The notes under the pieces: generated by a model
Told to the model about the DNA's origin: nothing
Seen by the model: the letters and a program-made list of their open reading frames with translations, nothing else
Database searches by the model: none
Part shown: one piece after another, positions 20,204 through 29,161 of the stretch
Layout: every line of letters starts with the position of its first letter
How positions within the stretch are numbered: the first letter of the stretch is position 1
Assembly (NCBI GenBank): GCA_036337435.1
Contig: JAYZEG010000095.1
Coordinates: forward strand, 33,606 to 97,605
DNA from: Myxococcota bacterium
GTDB lineage: Bacteria; Myxococcota_A; Bradymonadia; UBA7976; UBA1532
Direction of reading: 5' to 3'
DNA: 64,000 nucleotides
Made by a program: the position numbers and the translations under genes

Positions 20204-21322
20204 GTGTCCACCAAAAGAGATTATTACGAGATCCTCTCCGTTCCACGTGATATCGATGCTGCGGGTCTAAAGCAGGCCTTTCGTAAGCTGGCCCTCAAAT
20301 ACCATCCAGACCGCAATTCGGACCCAGATGCAGATCGTCTCTTCAAGGAAGTCAATGAGGCGTATGCCGTTCTCTCTGATACCGAACGGCGAGCCAATTA
20401 CGATCGATTTGGGCATGCGGCCGAAAATGGAATGGGCGACCCATTTTCTGGTGGTTTTCGCCAGGATGATTTTCGGGATATTTTCGGAGGTGATGTCTTC
20501 GAGCAGCTCTTTGGGCAATTCTTTCGGCGTAGTGGGACTCAACACGGGCGCGATCTGCAAATCACCCTTGGCATTTCACTCGAGACGGTGGCCTTTGGCG
20601 ATGATTATCAGCTGTCCTATCGACGAAATGCACCCTGTGAGACCTGCAATGGGTCTGGATGTCGTCCTGGAACACAACCCGTTCGCTGTGAAACCTGTAA
20701 CGGGATGGGTCAGGTTCGCGTTTCACGTGGTTTTTTCGCATTAGCCCAATCGTGCCAAGCATGTTCGGGGACAGGCTTGACGATTCCGAATCCATGTCCG
20801 GCATGTTCGGGTCAAGGCGTGGCATCGCAAGAAGTGACTATTGAAGTCCCGGTGCCCAGCGGTATCTCGACCGGTCAAAAATTAAGACTCGATGGTGAGG
20901 GCCATCACGGCATGCAAGGCGGTGAACCCGGAGACCTTTACGTCCTCATCAACGTAGAAGACCATCCATTTTTTCATCGTGATGGTGACAATTTGATTTG
21001 TGAGGTGCCCATTTCATTTGCCCAAGCGGCATTGGGAACCACAATCGATGTTCCAACCCTAAAAGGACGCGCTAAGGTAAAGGTGCCGGCGGGGACGCAG
21101 TCAGGTAAAGCGCTTCGTTTGAGGGGAAAGGGCTTGCCCAACATTGGTCGGGCGGGTTTTGGCGACCAGCACATTCGACTCCAAGTTGAAACACCCACAA
21201 AATTGAATCATGAGCAGCGCGCCTATCTTGACCAATTTGAGTCAATTTTTGGTACGGCCACGGGCAGTGCTGAACCCAGGCGCAGTTCATTTTTGCAAAA
21301 GTTGAAAGAGTTCTTTGATTGA
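20204..21322 (+). CDS. dnaJ: Chaperone DnaJ
   Basis: J domain with HPD, G/F region, four CxxCxGxG repeats. Confidence 0.97.
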   Translation: MSTKRDYYEILSVPRDIDAAGLKQAFRKLALKYHPDRNSDPDADRLFKEVNEAYAVLSDTERRANYDRFGHAAENGMGDPFSGGFRQDDFRDIFGGDVFEQLFGQFFRRSGTQHGRDLQITLGISLETVAFGDDYQLSYRRNAPCETCNGSGCRPGTQPVRCETCNGMGQVRVSRGFFALAQSCQACSGTGLTIPNPCPACSGQGVASQEVTIEVPVPSGISTGQKLRLDGEGHHGMQGGEPGDLYVLINVEDHPFFHRDGDNLICEVPISFAQAALGTTIDVPTLKGRAKVKVPAGTQSGKALRLRGKGLPNIGRAGFGDQHIRLQVETPTKLNHEQRAYLDQFESIFGTATGSAEPRRSSFLQKLKEFFD

Positions 21323-22122
21323 GTCGTTTGATTTTACCCCAGGCCGTTAGGGGGTTTATTGCTTGCGTGGGTGGGCGAGGGTTTGATGAAAAAAAAAACG
21401 TGGCCGATCCCGTTCTTCGTTGTTTTCAAGCCGCTTATCCTGATGCGCTGACATACTTCGCGGCGACACGCGTCGATGGAGACCAGACTGAAGAGCCAAG
21501 TCTGGTCATTGATGATGGGCTTGTGAAGTCCAGGGAACAGCTTTTTGAGACGCCAGATTTACAAGACACCTTGCATTGGGCATACCCGATTAAAAAAAGC
21601 ATTGCACCGCCTCCGGATGGGGCCGATCCTGGACGCATTCGCCATATGGGTTTACTGAAATTTTTGTATGGTGCCGACAGGAAGGCCGTTCGTAAACATC
21701 TCGTCGACGTGCGGTGGCTGCCCGGCTTGTCTCAGCGGGTCATCAAATTTAACGGACGCCATGGGGCGGCTGCTGCCCTGCAGAGCGTCAGTGACGAACT
21801 TGCACAGTTACCGCGCAAATTCCATAAGTACATATTGAAAACCAACGGCACATTTAACTGGAGATATATCAAGGGAACCACGCGTCTGAGTGCCCATGCC
21901 TTTGCAATCGCTATCGATCTCGATATCCGTCATACGGATTATTGGCGTTGGGCCAGGGACAAGCAGGGGCGATTTAAGTTTAGGAATCGGATCCCAATTG
22001 AAATCGTCGAGGTTTTCGAAAAAAACGGTTTCATATGGGGCGGACGCTGGTGGCATTTCGATACGATGCATTTTGAGTATCGTCCCGAATTTTTCGAATC
22101 TGAATGCATGGCAAAGCGTTGA
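21319..22122 (+). CDS. M15 family peptidoglycan metallopeptidase (start uncertain)
   Basis: AYPD, DPGR, FNWR, SAHAFAIAID, WGGRW, DTMHFEYRPE. Confidence 0.85.
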   Translation: MSRLILPQAVRGFIACVGGRGFDEKKNVADPVLRCFQAAYPDALTYFAATRVDGDQTEEPSLVIDDGLVKSREQLFETPDLQDTLHWAYPIKKSIAPPPDGADPGRIRHMGLLKFLYGADRKAVRKHLVDVRWLPGLSQRVIKFNGRHGAAAALQSVSDELAQLPRKFHKYILKTNGTFNWRYIKGTTRLSAHAFAIAIDLDIRHTDYWRWARDKQGRFKFRNRIPIEIVEVFEKNGFIWGGRWWHFDTMHFEYRPEFFESECMAKR

Positions 22123-22123
22123 C

Positions 22124-23548
22124 CTAGGAAGGTGACTTCGCCGCGCCATTTGCGTCTCCGCTCAGTCCGGTCATGTTCCAACGATTGAGATAATACAAAA
22201 GAATCATACCGGGACCAGCGACCAGCGTTGTCGCTCCGAAATAAAATGCCCATCCAATGGCTGTTGGAGTGCCGATGGACTCGAGTGGTAACGCTGCGGC
22301 CAGCGCTTTGAAGTATTCGACCGCGTGACCCGCAAATGCCGCTAAACCAACCTTAACGAGACCTGAAGCGGACATCAGCATAGCGTAGTGCGTGGCTCCG
22401 TAGGACCTCGAACACAGCGCACTGAGATAGGCAACGAAGGCAGCAGCGGCGATACCAACCGTAAATTTTTCAAGGAAGATTGTCACGATCAGGGCCCATA
22501 TATTATCGCCGATCAGTGCTTGAGCGGAGAACGCCAGATTGAGAAACATTTGCCCCAATCCACCAAGCCATAGCGCCCGAATAACGCCTAGGCTCTTGAC
22601 CATAGAGCCACCGACAAAAATGCCCGCAATGGTCGCTGCGATCCCAAAACTTTTGACGACATTCGCGATCTCAAGTTTGCTAAACCCAATCTCGCGCATG
22701 AACGGATTTGTCATGGTGCTCAGTAGGGCTTCGCCGAGTGTAAAAAGCATAATAAATGTGATGAAAAGAAATGAGCCATGGCGACGGAGCATTTCAACGT
22801 AGGGTAGAATTGCGCCTTCGACGAAGCTGCGCCACAGAAAACCTGGAATGGCCTCGTCTGCTCTCTTTCGCAGGTGTTCACCGGACCCTTCAGGCTCTTC
22901 GGCGTATAAACTAGCCGCGAGGCTTGGCAGTAGAAATACACCCATAACAAGATAAGCGGCATTCCAACCAAATGGACTCGTATAGTCCGCTGCTTGAGTA
23001 CAAAAGCCGCCAACGGAGCCGAAATAATGCGCAAAGTAGAGCGCACCAGCCCCTGAGACGATCATCCCCATTCGATAACCAAGGACGGCCACAGCTGAGC
23101 CTGCACCCTGTTCATTTGGGTCTAAGAGTTCGACACGATAGCCATCTACGATGATGTCGTGGGTCGCTGAGACGACGGCGAGAGCGGTGGCCCAAGCGAT
23201 GCATTGCCATAAGTCATTTTGGGGGTCTGTCATGCCCAGAGCGAGGATGGTTCCGAGCAAGGCCAATTGTGTGAGAATGAGCCAGCCCCGACGAAGACCA
23301 AAGACGGGTATGGGTAACCGGTCGACAAGCGGTGCCCAGAGAAATTTGAGCTTGTAGGGTAATAGAACTGTTGATGCAACGCCTATGGTTTTCAGGCTAA
23401 TACCCAGCTCGAGCATCCACAGTGATAGTGTGGAGAAGACAAGCATAATCGGTAGACCGCTGGAGAAGCCCAAACCCAGTAGGATGAGCATACGGCGATC
23501 CTTGTAGACGGCTAGGGACCTCTGCATGTATTGGATAAGTGGGGTCAC
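22124..23548 (-). CDS. ampG: AmpG family muropeptide MFS permease
   Basis: LGFSSGLP, KFLWAPLVD, SATHDIIVDGYR, ATHYAML; many TM helices. Confidence 0.9.
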   Translation of the reverse strand: MTPLIQYMQRSLAVYKDRRMLILLGLGFSSGLPIMLVFSTLSLWMLELGISLKTIGVASTVLLPYKLKFLWAPLVDRLPIPVFGLRRGWLILTQLALLGTILALGMTDPQNDLWQCIAWATALAVVSATHDIIVDGYRVELLDPNEQGAGSAVAVLGYRMGMIVSGAGALYFAHYFGSVGGFCTQAADYTSPFGWNAAYLVMGVFLLPSLAASLYAEEPEGSGEHLRKRADEAIPGFLWRSFVEGAILPYVEMLRRHGSFLFITFIMLFTLGEALLSTMTNPFMREIGFSKLEIANVVKSFGIAATIAGIFVGGSMVKSLGVIRALWLGGLGQMFLNLAFSAQALIGDNIWALIVTIFLEKFTVGIAAAAFVAYLSALCSRSYGATHYAMLMSASGLVKVGLAAFAGHAVEYFKALAAALPLESIGTPTAIGWAFYFGATTLVAGPGMILLYYLNRWNMTGLSGDANGAAKSPS

Positions 23549-23718
23549 ATTTTTCTCTTACACTATGCGACTTAAACCTACACATTAATGGGGGCTTGCG
23601 ACACTGAAATCGAAACTATTTTAGGGACTGCTGTACCTGGCGGTCGGTCGAAGAAGGAGGGAAACAAAGGCGTGCGGGCCGTCTCGCAATCCTCAAATTT
23701 GAGTGGTTTAGGGTGGGT

Positions 23719-24699
23719 TTAAAGCGGTGTTTCCACCATGTTAACCACATCACGAATAATCCGCTCACTTTCATCGGTGCTGCCCAGGGCACCTGTGACC
23801 TGATTGCATTTGATCCGGTGTGCCAGAGTTGGGACTGCGAGTTGTTTGACATCATCAGGAATCACATAATCACGCCCTTGAACCAAAGCATACGCTCTGG
23901 CCGCTCGTTGAAATGCCACGGCAGCGCGGGTGCTGATGCCAAGTCGTAATTCGGGATGATGCCGAGTCGCGGTTACGAGCTTGACGATATAATGGCGCAG
24001 CGGGTCGCTCACCTTGACTTGGTCAACCAACTGGCAAGCGCTCAATACGAAAGTGTCATCGGACACGGGGCGCAAGTCTGTAATTTGGTCAGCCTGGCCG
24101 TCAGATTTGAGAATGGCGTATTCGGTTTCCGGGTCTGGGTACCCCACTTTCAATCGAAACATGAAGCGGTCCAACTGGCTCTCAGGCAGTGGGTAGGTTC
24201 CTTGAAAATCAGTCGGATTTTGAGTTGCAATCACCGTAAAGGGATTCGGCAACTCATGGGTTTCCCGATAAACCGAGACCGTTTTCTCGTTCATCGCTTC
24301 GAGTAAGCTTGACTGAGTTTTCGGTGTCGTCCGATTGATCTCATCGGCGAGAACGAGTTGCGCAAAAATTGGGCCTTGCTCAAAGGAGAAGGCCTCCGAT
24401 GAACGGCGGTATACTTGCACGCCAACAATGTCGCTGGGTAGCAGGTCACTGGTAAATTGAATCCGGCTGAAACTCAGATTGAGAACCCGGGCTAATGTTT
24501 TTGCCAACGTGGTTTTTCCCACCCCCGGTACGTCTTCGAGCAGTACATGCCCGCCAGCGAAGATAGCCGTCAGAATTTTTTTGATAACCGAGTCTTTTCC
24601 CTGAATGACTTGGCTAACCTGTGCCGAAATTTGTGTGATGTTAGCCTGGACTTCGGCGAATTTTTCGTGAGTTGGGTCTTTTTCTAGGTCGGATTTCAT
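23719..24699 (-). CDS. MoxR family AAA+ ATPase
   Basis: EDVPGVGKT, RIQFTSDLLPSD, LADEINRTTPKTQS, ATQNP, LPESQLDRF. Confidence 0.93.
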   Translation of the reverse strand: MKSDLEKDPTHEKFAEVQANITQISAQVSQVIQGKDSVIKKILTAIFAGGHVLLEDVPGVGKTTLAKTLARVLNLSFSRIQFTSDLLPSDIVGVQVYRRSSEAFSFEQGPIFAQLVLADEINRTTPKTQSSLLEAMNEKTVSVYRETHELPNPFTVIATQNPTDFQGTYPLPESQLDRFMFRLKVGYPDPETEYAILKSDGQADQITDLRPVSDDTFVLSACQLVDQVKVSDPLRHYIVKLVTATRHHPELRLGISTRAAVAFQRAARAYALVQGRDYVIPDDVKQLAVPTLAHRIKCNQVTGALGSTDESERIIRDVVNMVETPL

Positions 24700-24889
24700 A
24701 TCAATTTTCCGAGTGATATTGAGTCAAACGTTGTTTCGTTTGTAACCAAGTTTAAGCGTCTTTCGTCTGACCGATACAAACCAGAATGGCCGCGCCCCTA
24801 CAAATAAAAATGACTAGGGGGCTTGATCCCGTGGCATTTAGTGTTAAGTCTTCAGGCGCGAAAAGCCAGCAATTTGATTGGAGCGACAA

Positions 24890-27490
24890 ATGACAGAGAG
24901 TTCTGCGGCCGCCACGAACGCACTTGTCATTGTGGAATCACCCACAAAGGCCAAGACCATCCGACGATACCTAGGCGATGGGTTTACCGTTGAAGCTTCC
25001 ATGGGGCACGTCCGTGATTTACCGTCATCTGCAGCAGACTTGCCTGCCGCAGCGCGAGGCCAACCTTGGGCCCGCTTGGCTGTCGATGTCGCCAACGGCT
25101 TTCAGCCACTGTACGTGGTACCAAGTGATAAGAAAAAAATCGTGTCCGAGCTCAGAAAAGCTCTCAAAGGCAAGGATGTTCTCTACCTCGCAACCGATGA
25201 AGACCGCGAAGGCGAAGCCATTGGCTGGCATCTTGTTCAGTTGCTTAAGCCCAAAGTTCCCACCCATCGACTCGTTTTCCATGAGATCACCAAAGACGCC
25301 ATCAAAAGAGCCATCGACACACCGCGTGAGCTCAACGAGCATGTTGTGCAAGCCCAGGAAGCACGCCGTGTCCTCGACCGACTGGTCGGTTATGAAATTT
25401 CACCACTTCTGTGGAAAAAAGTCGCACCGGGCTTGTCAGCAGGACGTGTCCAAAGCGTAGCGGTCCGTCTCCTGGTGCTCCGAGAACGTGAACGTCAGCG
25501 GTTCGTGACCAGCACGTGGTGGGATCTTCGAGCGAAGTTTGCCGCCGATAACAAGGTCTTTGATAGCAACCTGGTCGCGGTCAACGACCTTCCGATCGCC
25601 ACCGGTCGGTCCTTCGATGAGACGACAGGCGAACTGAAGACTGGTCTCAATGTGCGGTTGTTGGCAGAGTCCGACGCGCAAGCACTCAAGGCGCGCATCT
25701 TGAAGCAACCCTTCGCCGTGAGCGATATTGAGCGCAAAGTACAGGCGCGACGCCCGTATCCACCGTTTACAACGTCGACGCTACAGCAAGAGGCCAATCG
25801 GAAGCTTGGATTTGGTGCAAAACGAACGATGCAAGTTGCACAGCGCCTTTATGAAAATGGACATATCACGTACATGCGAACCGACTCCGTGAACTTGTCG
25901 GAAGAGGCGATTAGCGCCGTGAGAAGCATGGTGAGTCGCCGCTACGGTGATGAACTCCTTTCGCCAAAGCCAAGACGCTTCACGACCAAAGCGAAGGGAG
26001 CCCAAGAAGCGCATGAGGCTATCCGGCCGGCGGGTACATCGATGGCGACCTCGAAAGAGCTTCAGCTGGCCAGCGATGAGGGCAAGCTGTACGACCTGAT
26101 TTGGAAGCGCACTGTATCGACGCAAATGGCCGATGCGAAGATCGCATTGACCACCGCAAAAATCAGCGTGACTGACCCCGAAACCAAGCAGCAATTGACG
26201 TTCAGGGCATCAGGCCGTGAGGTTGTCTTCCCGGGTTTCTTCAGAGCCTACGTTGAAGGGTCGGACGATCCAGATGCAGTGTTGGAAGATAAAGACCAGC
26301 CACTGCCAACACTGACTGTCGGACAGGGGTTAGATTGCCGCGACCTCGATGCCCATGGGCATGAAACCCGTCCTCCGTCGCGATACTCTGTCGCATCTCT
26401 TGTCAAGGCACTGGAGACCCAAGGGATCGGGCGTCCGAGCACCTACGCCAGTATCATTGAGACCATTCAAAAACGTGGATATGTTCGGGATGAACGAAAG
26501 CAATTAATCCCCACGTTCACGGCGATTGCCGTCACCCAATTACTCGAGGAAACACTCGGCCAGGTCATTGATGTCGAATTCACAGCGTCAATGGAGGCGT
26601 GGCTTGATGAGGTAGCCATTGGCAAAGACGCGCAGGAGTATTTAGGGGCCTTCTACCATGAACAGCTGCTCAATTGCATTGAACAGGGCAAAGAGATTGA
26701 CCCGCGTTCTGTATGCACACTTCGAAATGAGCGGATACAGCCCTATCGAATTCGGGTTGGTAAGTTTGGCCCATTCATCGAGTACGATGTTGAGGGAGAA
26801 GAGAAGGCGCGCATTGTCAATCTACCTGATGACGCGGCCCCAGCCGATGTGAATTTGGAGTTCATCGAACAACTTCGAGCGGATGCTTTGAAGGCTGAGC
26901 AGCCCATCGGTATCGATCCCGAAACCGGACTCAATGTGTATGTTCGCAAAGGTCGCTTTGGGCCCTATGTGCAACTGGGTGAACAGGGCGAAGGCAAGGA
27001 AAAGCCGCGTCGAGCCAGTTTATTGCCCGGGCTGACACCTGCCGATATCGACCTGGAATTGGGTCTGAAGCTGCTTACGCTCCCGCGCGAGGTTGGGCGC
27101 CATCCCGATGATAACGAGCCCATTATGGCCAACGTCGGCCGATATGGACCCTACGTGCAACACTTGCGGACATTTGCGTCTGTCAAAGCGCCGGAGTCGA
27201 TTCTCGAGATTGGCTTGGATAGGGCACTGGTGCTTTTAGCCGAACGGGCCAAACAGACCAAAAAAGCAGAGCCCCTGCGCACCCTAGGCGTCCATCCCGA
27301 TGATGAAACACCAGTTGTGGTGATGGATGGTCGATATGGACCTTACGTCAAACACAAACGAACCAATGCTACACTGCCCGACGGGGTTGGTATCGATGCG
27401 GTGACCTTAGAACAGGCCCTTGAGCTTCTTGCCGCGAAGGCTAAAAAAGGCCGCTCAAAGGGCGGCCGTCGTCGCGCAAAAAAATCGTAG
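24890..27490 (+). CDS. topA: DNA topoisomerase I with C-terminal GR(F/Y)GPY repeats
   Basis: IVESPTKA, ATDEDREGE, SAGRVQS, ITYMRTD catalytic Tyr; ATG 24890 after GGAG. Confidence 0.97.
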   Translation: MTESSAAATNALVIVESPTKAKTIRRYLGDGFTVEASMGHVRDLPSSAADLPAAARGQPWARLAVDVANGFQPLYVVPSDKKKIVSELRKALKGKDVLYLATDEDREGEAIGWHLVQLLKPKVPTHRLVFHEITKDAIKRAIDTPRELNEHVVQAQEARRVLDRLVGYEISPLLWKKVAPGLSAGRVQSVAVRLLVLRERERQRFVTSTWWDLRAKFAADNKVFDSNLVAVNDLPIATGRSFDETTGELKTGLNVRLLAESDAQALKARILKQPFAVSDIERKVQARRPYPPFTTSTLQQEANRKLGFGAKRTMQVAQRLYENGHITYMRTDSVNLSEEAISAVRSMVSRRYGDELLSPKPRRFTTKAKGAQEAHEAIRPAGTSMATSKELQLASDEGKLYDLIWKRTVSTQMADAKIALTTAKISVTDPETKQQLTFRASGREVVFPGFFRAYVEGSDDPDAVLEDKDQPLPTLTVGQGLDCRDLDAHGHETRPPSRYSVASLVKALETQGIGRPSTYASIIETIQKRGYVRDERKQLIPTFTAIAVTQLLEETLGQVIDVEFTASMEAWLDEVAIGKDAQEYLGAFYHEQLLNCIEQGKEIDPRSVCTLRNERIQPYRIRVGKFGPFIEYDVEGEEKARIVNLPDDAAPADVNLEFIEQLRADALKAEQPIGIDPETGLNVYVRKGRFGPYVQLGEQGEGKEKPRRASLLPGLTPADIDLELGLKLLTLPREVGRHPDDNEPIMANVGRYGPYVQHLRTFASVKAPESILEIGLDRALVLLAERAKQTKKAEPLRTLGVHPDDETPVVVMDGRYGPYVKHKRTNATLPDGVGIDAVTLEQALELLAAKAKKGRSKGGRRRAKKS

Positions 27491-29161
27491 GCTCACTGAC
27501 TCCGAGGTCCCGCTCACTTGAACTCGGCTGTCTTGGAGCGGACAGAGAACGCTGAGCAGTCGAAAGGGCAGCGTGATGAAGTGGGACCCATCGTCACTCT
27601 GCACGTCGTCTTGCCAATAAGTCCTGACAGAGGCCAGCGCGTCTTTGTCTACAGTTGGGCCCGATATGGTCAGACGAATTTCAGTTTCATCCGGTTCATC
27701 AATCACCTTGATCTGCACTGTTCCGCCCGTGAGACAGTCTCTGAGTACACCCATGCATAACGCGAGTGCTCTCGCGGTTTGCGTAGCGTCGATGGTGAGC
27801 CGATTTGCATCCGGGTCACCCGTTGCATCCTGGGTGTTAATCACGACGCTGATTCGACCGAGGGGATCGTCTCTATATTGCTCCTTAAGCATGCTGAGGA
27901 CAGCATTGACAGAGCACGCTCTGATCCGTAGAGCAGCCACATCTGAATGAACGGCCAAATCCTTACGAGTTCCGTCCAATTTAGATAGGTCAAGAAGGGC
28001 CAGTATAAACCTGAGAAGCGTGTCGCCCCGATGCCAAATTTCAAGAATTTCTTTGCGTTGAGTTTCATTTATTGGGCCTTCAATTTCGTTCACCAACAAC
28101 TCAGAGAATCCTAGGATGCTGTTCAGGGGGCTTTTCAGTTCGTGGCTGATATGCGCTAAAAATCGGTTTTTTTGAGTCTCAGCTTCCCGGCGTTTTTTCG
28201 CTGCGCTTGCGATCTGGTTTTGCTGCCGTCTAAAGCCATCGGCCGCCCTCTCAAAATCAGAAAAGATCTCTGCACATTCTTTGAGACCTACGGAGGTTTT
28301 CCGAGCATCAACCGGGGCGGGCTGCTCCACTCTCGCCAAAGCTGCTGTGATGGCTTTCAAGTCAGTGGCGACATCGTCCGCGATGGCTCGGCATGTGCGG
28401 TATGAGAAGAAGAGAATGCCGAGCACCAACAAGAACGCTGTCGAGTCGAAAGATGACGACTCCAAACCGCTGACCAATGGCACGGACTGTTGAGGCATTT
28501 GGATTCGGACATTGGCAGCCAGTTCTTTTTCCGCGCGTCGCGCAACGGTTGCATGCATTGTCCTAAACGTTGTTTCTATCTCTTCGACACTGTTGGTGTC
28601 GCTCAAATGCTGAACGAGAACCATGCCGAGCCCACACATGACGACGGGCAGCTGTATCACAAAGACCATGCGCATTCGAATGGTCTGCCGCACCCCACCC
28701 AGTGTACGTGTTCCAGGTTGGCCCTGTGTCATGGGACGCAATAGTCGTCGGAGCCAAAGGTAGAGCAACAGATTGGGTAAGGTTGTGATGAGGTAGGTGA
28801 GGACACCCGTTGCGATTGCCTCACCAAGGTCTCTTGACCTCATGGATTGAAGCACGGTGATGAGAATTGCCGCGACCAAGGCACCAACGAAACAGAAACG
28901 CATCACGCTGAACGGATAAGAATACGCGGCGGCGCGGCTGGCATTGGAGTCTGCCCCTGACTCGAGACCCGTTTTTTGGGGAGTGGTCCAGACGATGAGA
29001 AGTAGTGCCGCGAAAAAACCAAAGCCGCACAACGCAAATTGTGTTGTCGCGTCGAATTGGTCTCCTGGTACGACATAACCCAAAATCATGGAGGTCAGGG
29101 TGACGGAGACGGAGATCCAGGTGAAAATCCATAATCGCAATGTGGTCATGGACCGATTCAT
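27455..29161 (-). CDS. Membrane sensor-kinase-like protein with intact H-box and degenerate ATPase domain
   Basis: Multiple TM helices; FLAHISHELKSPLNSILGFSELL; no N-box, DxGxG or GxGLGL downstream. Confidence 0.8.
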   Translation of the reverse strand: MNRSMTTLRLWIFTWISVSVTLTSMILGYVVPGDQFDATTQFALCGFGFFAALLLIVWTTPQKTGLESGADSNASRAAAYSYPFSVMRFCFVGALVAAILITVLQSMRSRDLGEAIATGVLTYLITTLPNLLLYLWLRRLLRPMTQGQPGTRTLGGVRQTIRMRMVFVIQLPVVMCGLGMVLVQHLSDTNSVEEIETTFRTMHATVARRAEKELAANVRIQMPQQSVPLVSGLESSSFDSTAFLLVLGILFFSYRTCRAIADDVATDLKAITAALARVEQPAPVDARKTSVGLKECAEIFSDFERAADGFRRQQNQIASAAKKRREAETQKNRFLAHISHELKSPLNSILGFSELLVNEIEGPINETQRKEILEIWHRGDTLLRFILALLDLSKLDGTRKDLAVHSDVAALRIRACSVNAVLSMLKEQYRDDPLGRISVVINTQDATGDPDANRLTIDATQTARALALCMGVLRDCLTGGTVQIKVIDEPDETEIRLTISGPTVDKDALASVRTYWQDDVQSDDGSHFITLPFRLLSVLCPLQDSRVQVSGTSESVSLRFFCATTAAL

